Below are positions 1 to 10,121 of a DNA stretch of 64,000 bases, piece by piece. Source of the DNA: Gemmatimonadales bacterium (GTDB lineage: Bacteria; Gemmatimonadota; Gemmatimonadetes; Gemmatimonadales; GWC2-71-9); the NCBI GenBank assembly GCA_041615815.1, contig JBFJCP010000009.1, positions 63,091 through 127,090 on the forward strand, read 5' to 3'. Within the stretch, counting starts at the first letter, position 1; every line of letters starts with the position of its first letter. The notes beneath the pieces were generated by a model, which worked only from the letters and a program-made list of their open reading frames with translations, did not search any database and had not been told where the DNA came from. The position numbers and the translations under genes were made by a program.

Positions 1-656
1 CCTCGGGGGACCGCGGGCGCCGCAGGCGCGGTGTCGTCGACGTCGTATTCCGGGTCGATCGCGCGGATCTTCTCGAGCGTCACGCGCGAGCGCCGCGTGT
101 CTCCCGTCGCCTGGAGCTCAGCGTACAGCTTGTCCAGCTGCTCGCGAGCCTCATCCGTGCGAGCCGCCGTCTTGAGCTGCTCGGCCAGGAGCAGCCGAAT
201 CTCCTCGTTCGCGGGCGAAAGATCGGCAAACTCCTTCAACGCCTCGAACGCCTCTTCCAGGCGACCGGCGCGCTGCATCCGCTCGGCGTATTCCAGCAGG
301 TTCTGCTTGGCCTCGGCCACGAACCCGCGGAGCACCATCAGCTGCGCCAGCTTCAGGTAGACCTGCGTCCGACCAGGCGCATTCCGCAGGATCTTGTTGC
401 AGAGGGCGATCGCGTTATTGGGAAGTCCTGACTCGGCGTACAAATTGGCTGCGCGCTCGTACATCTCCACCGCCGGCTGGGGAGAGCCGGTCTTGAGGTA
501 CAGGTCGCCGACCTTGTTGAAGAGGGACAGCTCGTGATAGAGCTCCGGTGTGTTCTCGAGCTCACGGATGATCTTGGTGTAGAGATCGATGGCCTTGTCG
601 AACTGGCCTTTGAGCTCGAGTTTCCGGGCTTTGTCTTTTGCTTTCTCGACGTTCAG
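1..656 (-). CDS. TPR-repeat protein, partial (runs off the window start; not in ORF track)
   Basis: Manual translation: (L/M)NVEKAKDKARKLELKGQFDKAIDLYTKIIRELE...VGDLYLKTG...AVEMYERAANLYAESGLPNNAIALCNKILR..., with TPR-like helices. Start is either CTG at 656 (GAGG 6 nt upstream) or TTG at 704. Confidence 0.8.
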   Translation of the reverse strand, partial: MNVEKAKDKARKLELKGQFDKAIDLYTKIIRELENTPELYHELSLFNKVGDLYLKTGSPQPAVEMYERAANLYAESGLPNNAIALCNKILRNAPGRTQVYLKLAQLMVLRGFVAEAKQNLLEYAERMQRAGRLEEAFEALKEFADLSPANEEIRLLLAEQLKTAARTDEAREQLDKLYAELQATGDTRRSRVTLEKIRAIDPEYDVDDTAPAAPAVPR

Positions 657-696
657 AGCGGACCTCGGCGCGTTGGGGGCGGGCGCGTAAACCCTT

Positions 697-1956
697 TCAA
701 ACAACGTAAGGTAGAGAGGCCGTTCCGGGGTGACAACCCACACCACCCACCCATACCTGCTGGACCAAATTCGTTCCGTACCAATACGGTAGCTCCCGCC
801 AATCCCGCGCCGCCACCTGGACAAGATCAGCCCGGAATCCTGGTGCCACCTGACCCCGGTTCAGGGCCAGCCCCAGCGCCGCCGCACCATTGACGGTGAT
901 CGCCACCACGGCTTCGGCGGACAGCATCCCCAGCTGCGACACACCCAGCATCGCCATGAGGGGCAAGCTCATGCCCGGCGAGCTGCCGGGATTGAAGTCC
1001 GTGGCAAGCGCCACCGCGGCACCCGCGTCGATCAGCCGTCGCGCCGGCGCCTGCTGGTTCCGCCCCAGAAACAACATCGTCCCCGGCAGCAAGACCGCCA
1101 CCGTGGGGGCGCCCCCAAGTGCCCGGATCCCCTCCTCGGACACTGCCGCCAGATGATCCGCGCTGACCGCCCCGAGACTCACCGCGAGCTCTGCCCCACC
1201 CGATCCATCCAATTCGTCCGCGTGGATCTTGAGCCCCAAGCCGTGCTGCCCAGCCGCATCGAGCACCCGCCGCGACTGCCCAGTGGTAAACACCCCCGGC
1301 TCGCAGAACACGTCGCAGAACCGGGCCACGCCGTGCCGCACGACGGCCGGCAGCATCTCGTTGATCACGAGATCGACGTAGGCGTCCCGACGGTCACGGA
1401 ACTCCATTGGGAACTCGTGCGCGCCCAAGAAGGTCGCGACGACCTGCGGGCCGCCGTCGGCCAGCGAGGCAATGACATCCAGCTGTTTCAGCTCTTCCGC
1501 CGTGGTAAGCCCGTAGCCCGACTTGACTTCCACGGTGGTGGTACCGTGAGCCAAGAGGTGGGTGAGTCGGCGACGCGTGAGGTCGCCCAGCTCGTCGCGC
1601 GACCGGGTATGCACGTCCCGCACCGTCGAGAGAATCCCACCACCCGCCGCCGCGATCGCCTTGTACGATTCGCCGCGCGCCCGTCGCTCATGGTCCGCCG
1701 TCCGGGCCATGCCGAACACACCGTGGGTGTGCGCGTCCACGAACCCCGGGAACAGTACCCCTTCGATCTCTTGCACGGACGTCGCGCGGTCCTGCAATGC
1801 CTGCGGGGCTCCGACCGCCGCGATCCGCCCGTCCGTCCCCACCAACACGGCCGCCCCCTCCAAGACCTCGAGCTCACGCATCTCGCGTCCACGGCGGGCC
1901 CTGGCCGGTCCCCGGCACGTCACGACTTGCGTCGCGCCGACGAGCAGGGTGCTCAG
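697..1956 (-). CDS. hutI: imidazolonepropionase
   Basis: [17 protein letters not shown] and [12 protein letters not shown] motifs; follows hutU. Probable CTG start overlapping the hutU stop; the ORF track starts at GTG 1923. Confidence 0.95.
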   Translation of the reverse strand: MSTLLVGATQVVTCRGPARARRGREMRELEVLEGAAVLVGTDGRIAAVGAPQALQDRATSVQEIEGVLFPGFVDAHTHGVFGMARTADHERRARGESYKAIAAAGGGILSTVRDVHTRSRDELGDLTRRRLTHLLAHGTTTVEVKSGYGLTTAEELKQLDVIASLADGGPQVVATFLGAHEFPMEFRDRRDAYVDLVINEMLPAVVRHGVARFCDVFCEPGVFTTGQSRRVLDAAGQHGLGLKIHADELDGSGGAELAVSLGAVSADHLAAVSEEGIRALGGAPTVAVLLPGTMLFLGRNQQAPARRLIDAGAAVALATDFNPGSSPGMSLPLMAMLGVSQLGMLSAEAVVAITVNGAAALGLALNRGQVAPGFRADLVQVAARDWRELPYWYGTNLVQQVWVGGVGCHPGTASLPYVV

Positions 1957-3623
1957 TCTTTCACCTCGACCATCGGGAGCGTCAGCCCCTGCGCCTTGGC
2001 GGTGGCGAGCGCTTCGGGATATCCCGCATCGGCGTGTCGCGCAACGCCGATGCCGGGATCGTTGGTGAGCACCCGCTCCAGTCGACGGGCAGCCGCGTCC
2101 GTGCCATCCGCCACGATCACCTGCCCGGCGTGCAGGCTATTCCCGATGCCCACCCCACCGCCGTGGTGAAAGCTCACCCACGAGGCGCCTGACGCGGTGT
2201 TGAGGAGCGCGTTCAAGATAGGCCAGTCCGCAATGGCATCGGAGCCATCGCGCATCGCTTCGGTTTCCCGAAACGGCGATGCGACGGAGCCGGTATCCAA
2301 ATGGTCCCGCCCAATCACGATGGGTGCCGAGAGCTGGCCGCGCTTCACCAGCGCGTTCAGCGCCGCACCGAACTTCGCGCGCTCACCCAGTCCCAACCAA
2401 CAGATGCGCGCCGGCAGTCCCTGAAACGCCACCCGTTCCCGGGCAAGACGAATCCACCGCGTGAGGTGTTCGTTCTCTGGAAAGAGCTCGAGCACGAGAT
2501 CATCCGTGCGATATAAGTCCTCGGGATCACCCGACAGCGCGACCCAACGAAACGGTCCCCGGCCTTCGCAGAAAAGCGGACGCACGTACTCGGGCACAAA
2601 CCCCGGGATATCGAATGCGTTCTCCACACCAGCGTCGTGCGCTTCGGTCCGAATGTTGTTGCCGTAATCGAACGTGATCGCACCGCGCGATTGAAGCTCG
2701 AGCATGGCGCGCACGTGATCGGCAATCGACGCGCGGGCTCGGCGGACGTACTCTCGAGGCTGGGTTTCCCGGAGGCGCAACGCCTCCTCGAGCGGAAATC
2801 CCGCCGGCACGTACCCCCCCAAGGGATCGTGGGCCGACGTTTGGTCCGTCAACACGTCGGGGATCAAGCCACGGCGCACCATCTCGGGCAGGACGTCCGC
2901 GCAATTCCCTACCAACCCGACCGACAGGGCGACCCGCCGTTCCTTCGCGCCCGAGACTTGACGCCACGCATCGTCCAACGACGCCGTCATCACGTCGAGA
3001 TAGCGGGTCTCCAACCGCCGCCGAATGCGTGCCGGATCCACCTCCACCGCGAGGATGGCGGCACCGTTCATGGTGGCAGCGAGTGGTTGCGCCCCCCCCA
3101 TGCCGCCCAGTCCCCCGGTCACGACGATCGTGCCTGCCAGGGAACCGTCGAAATGGCGCGCACCGACGGCCCCGAACGTCTCGTAGGTGCCCTGCAGGAT
3201 TCCCTGCGTTCCGATGTAGATCCAGCTCCCCGCCGTCATCTGGCCATACATGGTCAAACCGGCACGCTCCAGCTCACGAAACTGGTCCCACGTCGCCCAA
3301 CGACCTACCAGATTGGCGTTGGCGATCAGCACGCGGGGCGCATCGGGATGCGTGCGAAACACCCCCACGGGTTTTCCGGACTGGACGAGCAAGGTCTCGT
3401 CGTTCGCGAGACGTCTCAGTGTGGCACAGATGGCGTCGTACGCTTCCCAGCTCCGCGCGGCCCGACCCGTGCCCCCGTACACCACCAGGTCCTCGGGCCG
3501 CTCCGCCACCTCGGGATCCAGATTGTTCATCAACATCCTGAGCGCGGCTTCTTGCACCCAGCCACGACAGGAGCGGGTAGAGCCCCGAGGAGCACGAATG
3601 ACACGGCCGGCGGCGGTGGTCAT
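1953..3623 (-). CDS. hutU: urocanate hydratase
   Basis: [29 protein letters not shown] and HHGGGVG motifs; ATGA overlap with hutH. Confidence 0.97.
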   Translation of the reverse strand: MTTAAGRVIRAPRGSTRSCRGWVQEAALRMLMNNLDPEVAERPEDLVVYGGTGRAARSWEAYDAICATLRRLANDETLLVQSGKPVGVFRTHPDAPRVLIANANLVGRWATWDQFRELERAGLTMYGQMTAGSWIYIGTQGILQGTYETFGAVGARHFDGSLAGTIVVTGGLGGMGGAQPLAATMNGAAILAVEVDPARIRRRLETRYLDVMTASLDDAWRQVSGAKERRVALSVGLVGNCADVLPEMVRRGLIPDVLTDQTSAHDPLGGYVPAGFPLEEALRLRETQPREYVRRARASIADHVRAMLELQSRGAITFDYGNNIRTEAHDAGVENAFDIPGFVPEYVRPLFCEGRGPFRWVALSGDPEDLYRTDDLVLELFPENEHLTRWIRLARERVAFQGLPARICWLGLGERAKFGAALNALVKRGQLSAPIVIGRDHLDTGSVASPFRETEAMRDGSDAIADWPILNALLNTASGASWVSFHHGGGVGIGNSLHAGQVIVADGTDAAARRLERVLTNDPGIGVARHADAGYPEALATAKAQGLTLPMVEVKD

Positions 3624-5134
3624 ACCAGGGCCCCGCGAGCCAGGAGAGCGGTGATACGCTCGAGATCGGGCGTGAGCGGTCGATCGTCCGTCAGCGGCGA
3701 TACGTGCTCGCGAACGATCTGAACGACCGCGCGGAGCGCCGGGCCGACCTCCAGCGGCTTGCGGAATTCGAGCCCCTGCGCCCCGGCAATCAACTCGGCC
3801 GCCACGACTCGCTGGGCATTGGCCAGGATGCGCCGCGTCTTGTACGCCGCCGCCATGCTCATTGGAACGACATCCTCTTGATTGGCATCGGTCGGGATCG
3901 ACTGCACGCTTGCTGGCGTGCACAAGGCCCGGCATTCGGCCACGAGCGAGGCCGCTCCGATCTGAATCATCATGAGACCGGATTGCAGACCGGCATGCGG
4001 CGTGAGGAACGCCGGGAGCCCCTGCGAATAGTCGGGGTTCACGAGTCGTTCGATCCGCCGCTCCGCCACGCCCGCTAACGTCGTCAAACCGATCCCGAGG
4101 ATGTCGAGCGCCAACGCCACCGGCTGGCCATGGAAGTTGCCGCCCGAGATGACTTCTTCCCCGAAAACGAGTGGGTTGTCCGTGACGGCGTTCAGCTCCA
4201 CGTCCACGATGCGACGCGCGAACTCCAGGGCGTCACCCGCCGCGCCCAAGATCTGCGGCGCGCATCGCAAGCTGTACGCATCCTGGACGCGTGGATCGTT
4301 GTCGCGGTGAGACTCCCGAATCTCGCTACCCTCGAAGAGGGCTCGGAGCAAGGCGGCCGATCGCCGCTGGCCGTCGTGCGGTCGGAGATCGTGCAAGCGC
4401 TGCTCGAACGGCGCGGGCGTCCCCAACAACGCCTCGATGCTCATGGCGGCCGCACCATGCGCCGTGCGCCACAGATTCCCCGCGTCGTGCACGAGCAGGG
4501 CCAGCACTGACGTCTGGGCCTGCGTCCCGTTGATGAAGGCGAGCCCCTCCTTGGCCTCGAGCGCGATCGGTTCGATCCCCGCCTCGGCCAATGCCTTCGC
4601 CGCGCCGGTGCGTCTCGGCGGTCGGCCCGGCATGCCCACATCGACTTCCCCCTCGCCGATGAGGGAGAGCGCCATATGCGCCAGTGGCGCCAAGTCACCG
4701 CTCGCGCCCACGCTCCCCTGCTCCGGGACCACCGGATGCACACCTGCGTTGAGCATCGCCACGAGCTGACCCGCCAGAGCCGCACGCACGCCCGCCGTGG
4801 GTCGCAGCAACACATTGGCGCGGAGCAACATCATGCCCCGCACCACGTCGAGTGGCAGGGGGTCCCCCACACCCGCGGCGTGGCTGAGGATGAGGTTGCG
4901 CTGAAGCTCGCAAATCTTCGCGGGTGCAATCCGTTCGCTGGCCAGACGGCCGAATCCGGTATTCACCCCGTAGACCACTGCGCCACCCTCCAAGAGACGC
5001 AGGATCGTGGCTCGTGACGCATCGGCCCGAGCGGCAGCATCGGGAGATACTTGAACCCGCGCGCCGTTGCGCGCCACCATCACGAGGTCATCCAGCGTGA
5101 GGGATTCGCCGGTCAGCGCAATCGTGAAAGGCAT
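3620..5134 (-). CDS. hutH: histidine ammonia-lyase
   Basis: [12 protein letters not shown]-forming [20 protein letters not shown] and GGNFHG motifs. Confidence 0.97.
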   Translation of the reverse strand: MPFTIALTGESLTLDDLVMVARNGARVQVSPDAAARADASRATILRLLEGGAVVYGVNTGFGRLASERIAPAKICELQRNLILSHAAGVGDPLPLDVVRGMMLLRANVLLRPTAGVRAALAGQLVAMLNAGVHPVVPEQGSVGASGDLAPLAHMALSLIGEGEVDVGMPGRPPRRTGAAKALAEAGIEPIALEAKEGLAFINGTQAQTSVLALLVHDAGNLWRTAHGAAAMSIEALLGTPAPFEQRLHDLRPHDGQRRSAALLRALFEGSEIRESHRDNDPRVQDAYSLRCAPQILGAAGDALEFARRIVDVELNAVTDNPLVFGEEVISGGNFHGQPVALALDILGIGLTTLAGVAERRIERLVNPDYSQGLPAFLTPHAGLQSGLMMIQIGAASLVAECRALCTPASVQSIPTDANQEDVVPMSMAAAYKTRRILANAQRVVAAELIAGAQGLEFRKPLEVGPALRAVVQIVREHVSPLTDDRPLTPDLERITALLARGALV

Positions 5135-5275
5135 GGTGGGGAGAATATAGACACAGGATTGGGAGGAAGTGAGGAGGGCGAGGATCCACCGATCCCCGCC
5201 CTCGCGAATGCGACTTTGCCCGTTATTCCGGCTCGTCGAACGACGTCGCCTCGGCCCACGCTGCCACCGCGTCAC

Positions 5276-6439
5276 CTACCGCGGAACTACGGTCACTCCA
5301 CCGTCATATTGCTTGACGCCGGCTCCCACCGACAATTCGGGGTTACCCGGATCCGTCTGGTAGCTCCAATCGAAGATCACGAAATCCGCCCCCACGTGCG
5401 TGACTCGAACGGCACCGAATCTCGCGAATCCATCGCCCCCGTCCATCTCGAAGACATAGCCAAACCCGGGGACGGCCTGTAACGGGTCGCGACTGTACCC
5501 CGTTTCCGGCGCGATGTCGATGGACGTGAGATCCTCGATGGGTGCTGCACTGGCCAAGGCCACCGACGTCCCGGCTCGTTCGGGCACGAAGAAGAAGTCC
5601 CCGGCAGCATCGCGATCGATCCAGAAATCGATATCGGTGCGACCACCATCGGTCACGATACCGAGCTCGAGCGCCCCGACCTGCCCATCCCCATTCGCGT
5701 CCTGGAAGAAGCGGAAACCGCTCAGCGTCTGATCCGCCTGGAAGGCGTACACCAGCACGTTGCGGGCATCCGGCCGTGGCGTGTCCGCGAGAATGGGCGA
5801 CCACAGACTCTCCCACCCTTCGATGCTCTCGGCCGAGATCCCGTAACAGCGGGACACGCCATTGGTGAGAGCCCCAACCAGAAACGCCGGCGCCACCGTC
5901 GTCCCTTCGAGAACCCAGGTGGCCCCGCACAGTCCGTCGTCCAGCGAGAACGAGGCACTGTACACGCGATATTGCCGGAATCCGTCTGGTGCGCTCAGGA
6001 AGGCATTGTCCGACCACGTCAAGTGCACGGCGCCATCGAGGGTAGTGCTGCTCGCGGTGGACGGCGCCTCGAGGCGTAAGCGCTCATCGACTTGTATGAC
6101 GTTGCTGGGCACGCTTTCGAACCCATCGAGGTCGACCGACACGACATAGTACTCGAGGTCGGGAATGCCCACGTCGTGGAAGGTCGTGGACGTCGTTGCA
6201 CCCCGAAGATCGAAATCGTCTCCGCTGTCCAGTCGCGAGTAGATGCGGTAGACCTGCAGAAACTCGCTGATCACTGGCTCCCACGAGAGCAGGATGCCGG
6301 CCGGTGCGGCCGGATCGCCGCTGGGATCCAGCTGGTATGCCAAGCCGAGCGGCGGATCGAGTTGCCCGGGCCCAACCACGGTCTGGGTGCACCCGACGGC
6401 GCTCAGGGCACACATCGTCATCACCATGGCTCGTCGCAT
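5276..6439 (-). CDS. lipoprotein with fibronectin-III-like domains, function unknown
   Basis: Lipobox ALSAVG-C; two FN3-like patterns (LSW...YRIY...YYV and LTW...YRVY...YGI); strong AAGGAGG RBS. Confidence 0.7.
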   Translation of the reverse strand: MRRAMVMTMCALSAVGCTQTVVGPGQLDPPLGLAYQLDPSGDPAAPAGILLSWEPVISEFLQVYRIYSRLDSGDDFDLRGATTSTTFHDVGIPDLEYYVVSVDLDGFESVPSNVIQVDERLRLEAPSTASSTTLDGAVHLTWSDNAFLSAPDGFRQYRVYSASFSLDDGLCGATWVLEGTTVAPAFLVGALTNGVSRCYGISAESIEGWESLWSPILADTPRPDARNVLVYAFQADQTLSGFRFFQDANGDGQVGALELGIVTDGGRTDIDFWIDRDAAGDFFFVPERAGTSVALASAAPIEDLTSIDIAPETGYSRDPLQAVPGFGYVFEMDGGDGFARFGAVRVTHVGADFVIFDWSYQTDPGNPELSVGAGVKQYDGGVTVVPR

Positions 6440-6475
6440 TCGTGTCCTCCTTGAAGTCCCACGCCCTCACAAGAG

Positions 6476-6490
6476 GCAGGCCTTGTGCCA
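6476..6490 (-). promoter_or_regulatory. sigma54 (-24/-12) promoter
   Basis: TGGCAC-AAGGC-CTGC: GG-N10-GC spacing, 36 nt upstream of the lipoprotein ATG. Confidence 0.65.
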
Positions 6491-6587
6491 CACCTTTGAA
6501 TGCGTATAAGCCATTTATCTACATAAAGTTACCACATTGAGCATTCGGAGAAAGCTGTCCTCTGTCGAGGACACAACAGCGGAACTG

Positions 6588-9500
6588 TCAGCGCGTCACC
6601 GATCGCTGATCGTACTGGAACTTCACTTCCGGCTGATCGAGCAGCGTGATGAAGAAGTTGAACGCCACATTCCCGTTGGGCGCTTTGACGAATGAAAAGG
6701 TCGCGCGCCACCGATGAAGGTCGCGGTCCAAGCGGAGCACGTGCTGTCCGAACTCTTTCGTGGTCAGATTGTACTGGGTGTTCCACGACACGGACCAATT
6801 GTGTGTAGGCGCGAAGCTCACGTTGAATCCGAGCGTGCGGGAGTCTTGGCTCGTCCCTACGATCGCACCGTCCGCCGGCGGGCGCGAGCGTCGCTCGTCG
6901 TACGAGACGGCCGTGCGAAACCCCTGTCGAGCCGGCGGGCCGCCACCCAACCCATCCAGCGTGGGGTCGAGCGAGGGACGCGGGCCGAGCGTGCTGCCCA
7001 CCGGTTGCACGAAGTCTTCGGGGCTCGGGATCCCACCCTGCCGGGGCCCGTCGTCCGGGGGCGCGTCCTTTCCCGTGATCAGCGATAGGAGTCCGGCGAC
7101 CGTGCGGCCGGAGAGGCTGAACCGGGCGGAGACCGAGGTGAGAAAGGGATCGAAGCCCGTGGTATCGAACCCCACCGGTCCATCCCACAGGTCGTGGACC
7201 GTAGAGATGGTGAACCCCGGGAGGAGATCGCTGGTGAAGCGATTTGTGAGTGTCTGGGTCGTCCACCCGGTCCGGCCCTCCTGCTTCGCCTGCACGAAAT
7301 CGAAGGCGATGGCCGAGGTCTGGATCGTGAGCAGCTTGATCTTGCGCACTTGTTGCGTGCCGGTGGTGTCACCGGCCCTCGGCTTGAGCTTCGCCTCGAA
7401 TGTCTGGAACAACGAAGCACTCACCGTGTGGACGGCCGGACTCTCCCGGGTCGTCGCGCGCCCGGTGGGGTCGTTGGCGTTGGCGTAGGCTTCGGGGACG
7501 GTGGCGGACGGAGCCCACTGCCACGAGATCACGGGCGAGAATGCATGACGGATCCGATCGATCGGGCCGAAGCCGGGGAAGAACCCGAACACCGTTGGCG
7601 TGACACCGGCGCCGAACGACAGCCGCTTGCCTTGGCTGACGAACGCCCCGCTGCTGAATCGGTTGCGCAACAGAAACGGCCCCCCGGTGGTGTTTCGGAT
7701 CCCCACCGACGGCTGGATCTTCCAGGTCGACGAGAACAGGGTGGGCAGGTTGATTCCGGTATTCCAATCGATCTCGGTCCGAAAGTCCTCGGAAAAGAAG
7801 AACGTGGTGCTGTCGCCTGGACTGTCGGGATCGGGCAACGTCAGCTGTGAGGGCCGGGTCGTCTTGAAATCGCGGAGCGACAGGTCATTCTGCCAATTCC
7901 ACCGGCCCACCCGAATCGGCGTGCGAAAGCTGATAGCCGTGTTGCGGGTATCGGGAAAGAGGGTATCAGCCTGCTCGATCCCGCCGATGGGCGGGCGCAG
8001 AATCGGCACGCCGGGTGTCTGATCGAGCGTCTGCGAATTCGTCAACGAGAGCGAAGGTGACCACGTCACGGCCCGACTAATGGCGATGGGTCGTGGGGTG
8101 AGCGAGAGACTTGGAAGGGTCTGACTCACGCCCCCGTTACTCAAGTCTTGGGATCGGCTTCCGCCGAGCGCGAGCGTGCCCCATGCAAACTGTTTGTTGA
8201 AGTTCAGCCGGCTGTCCAAGTTGGCCGTCTGCACCAGTGGATCCACCGTATTGCGTTGGACCACCCGCGCGCTCGTGGCAAAATCGACGTTGGCCGTGAA
8301 GCGCGTTCGCGCATCGAAGCTCTGCTGGTGGCTCCATTGGAGACGCATCGAGTTGGAGGCTGGCGCTCCGTCCACACTGCTCTCGAAGATCCGCGAAACG
8401 GAAACGCCTCCTGTCATGAACCGGTCGAGCCAGCGATACCGGAATTGGCCGTTGACCGCCTTGTAGTTCCCCGAGAACCAGTCGAAGGAGGCCTGCACAT
8501 CGAAGTAGTCGCTGATGGCGAAGTAATACCCGATGTTGCTGATGGCCCGCTGGTAGCCTCGATTGGGGCGAATGAGATCGCTGATCCCGAAGCGCGGGAC
8601 CAGGAACCCGCTGCGCCGTCCCTGCCGCATGTCTTGAAAGATGAATGGCAGCCACATCACTGGTACGTCCTGCACGTACAGCACGGCGGGACGCGCCACC
8701 ATGATGGTATTCGATACCCATTTCACGCGGCCTGCGGCAAAGTGGTAATGCGGCGTGGGAAGGTCACAGCTCGTGACCGAGCTGCCGCCCGCATAGATCC
8801 GCGTGGACGCGGAGTCGACACCGATCCCCCCGCGAAGAAACCACGTCACGCCCGATTGCACGAAACTCGTGAGCGCGGAGGCCACGATGCCGCGGTATTC
8901 GCAGGTGTTGTACTGCATCCCGGCGCCGACCAGCACCGTTCCCTCGTCGAAGAGGGCCGGCTCCCCACGTGCCAGCAGCCGACACTCGGCCTGGAGAAAG
9001 CTGACCGAATCCGCCTCGAGGATACTCTGCTCGCGTTCCACCAAGGCGGAGCCACTCAGGACCACTTCCCGCGAGAGGCCGAAGAGCGTGATGCTGTCCG
9101 CCGCATAGCGGATCCCACTGTAGCCCGCGAGCTGCAAGAGCGCCTGGAGCACGGAGTCTGACGCCGGAAAGGTTCGCGAGGGCTCGGAAGGCAACCCCAG
9201 GCGTCGTGCCGCCGCGGTGTCGAGCGGTCGCGGCACGCTGTCGCCGGGCAGCTGGCCGCGAGTCACACTGTCTGGTGGCGGTGGCTGTGCCGGGTCTTGA
9301 CCGAGCACGGTGCTGGGCCAAAGACCGGTGAGGGCGAGCACGACGATCGCCGCGCCGATCTTCGGTTCCTTGCGCCGTCGCCGGACGATGCGGGCGATCA
9401 GGATGCCGACCTCGTACAGCACCACCAAGGGCAGCATCATCATGATCATCGAAATAACGTCCGGCGGGGTGATCAGTGCCGCCAACACGGACCCGATGAC

Positions 9501-10103
9501 GAGCGCAATGGGTCGCTGCCGGGCGAACGTGTCCGGTGAAATCAAGCCCATCGCCGAGAGCAGAACGATGAAGATCGGGAGCTGGAACACGAGCCCAAAC
9601 GCAATCATGAACTGGAGTGCGAACCCCAGATACTCGTTGGCCGTGATGATCGATTCGAGATCCGCCCGCTGGAAGCGCAGCAGGAAGCGCAGGGCGGCCG
9701 GCAGCACCCAGAGGTACGCCATCAGCACACCGGAGACGAAGAGCCCGACCCCCGCGATGAGCGTGGGCACGATGTACTTGCGTTCGTGCGCGTACAGCGC
9801 CGGCGCGAGGAAGGCCCAGACCTGCGCAAAGACCACCGGCGCCGCCAGCACGAACCCGATGATCACCGCCAACTTGAGGGTGAGCAGGAACGCTTCGGTG
9901 GGCCGGGTGATGTAGAGTTTGCCGTCCGGCAAGTACGGAAGGATGGGCTCTTTCAGCAACCCCAGCACGTCGAACTGCTGCACCACGACGAACCCGATGA
10001 TCGATCCGGCCACGAGGGCGCCGAGACTCCACAGAATCCGCCACCGCAGCTCTTCCAGGTGGTCGAGGAAGGGCATCTCGCCCTTCGATTTCGTGGCGCT
10101 CAT
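6588..10103 (-). CDS. tatC: TatC fused in frame to an LptD-like (LPS assembly) outer-membrane beta-barrel protein
   Basis: First ~240 aa are TatC (MPFLDHLEELR, WAFLAPALY, FGLVFQLP, ALITPPD, LYEVGI). A signal-like segment follows, then LptD-like motifs (TSCDLPTPHYHF, VPVMWLPF, RRSGFLVPRFG, RDLHRW). No stop codon between the parts. Confidence 0.85.
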   Translation of the reverse strand: MSATKSKGEMPFLDHLEELRWRILWSLGALVAGSIIGFVVVQQFDVLGLLKEPILPYLPDGKLYITRPTEAFLLTLKLAVIIGFVLAAPVVFAQVWAFLAPALYAHERKYIVPTLIAGVGLFVSGVLMAYLWVLPAALRFLLRFQRADLESIITANEYLGFALQFMIAFGLVFQLPIFIVLLSAMGLISPDTFARQRPIALVIGSVLAALITPPDVISMIMMMLPLVVLYEVGILIARIVRRRRKEPKIGAAIVVLALTGLWPSTVLGQDPAQPPPPDSVTRGQLPGDSVPRPLDTAAARRLGLPSEPSRTFPASDSVLQALLQLAGYSGIRYAADSITLFGLSREVVLSGSALVEREQSILEADSVSFLQAECRLLARGEPALFDEGTVLVGAGMQYNTCEYRGIVASALTSFVQSGVTWFLRGGIGVDSASTRIYAGGSSVTSCDLPTPHYHFAAGRVKWVSNTIMVARPAVLYVQDVPVMWLPFIFQDMRQGRRSGFLVPRFGISDLIRPNRGYQRAISNIGYYFAISDYFDVQASFDWFSGNYKAVNGQFRYRWLDRFMTGGVSVSRIFESSVDGAPASNSMRLQWSHQQSFDARTRFTANVDFATSARVVQRNTVDPLVQTANLDSRLNFNKQFAWGTLALGGSRSQDLSNGGVSQTLPSLSLTPRPIAISRAVTWSPSLSLTNSQTLDQTPGVPILRPPIGGIEQADTLFPDTRNTAISFRTPIRVGRWNWQNDLSLRDFKTTRPSQLTLPDPDSPGDSTTFFFSEDFRTEIDWNTGINLPTLFSSTWKIQPSVGIRNTTGGPFLLRNRFSSGAFVSQGKRLSFGAGVTPTVFGFFPGFGPIDRIRHAFSPVISWQWAPSATVPEAYANANDPTGRATTRESPAVHTVSASLFQTFEAKLKPRAGDTTGTQQVRKIKLLTIQTSAIAFDFVQAKQEGRTGWTTQTLTNRFTSDLLPGFTISTVHDLWDGPVGFDTTGFDPFLTSVSARFSLSGRTVAGLLSLITGKDAPPDDGPRQGGIPSPEDFVQPVGSTLGPRPSLDPTLDGLGGGPPARQGFRTAVSYDERRSRPPADGAIVGTSQDSRTLGFNVSFAPTHNWSVSWNTQYNLTTKEFGQHVLRLDRDLHRWRATFSFVKAPNGNVAFNFFITLLDQPEVKFQYDQRSVTR

Positions 10104-10121
10104 CGGGGTGAGCCCCCCGGG

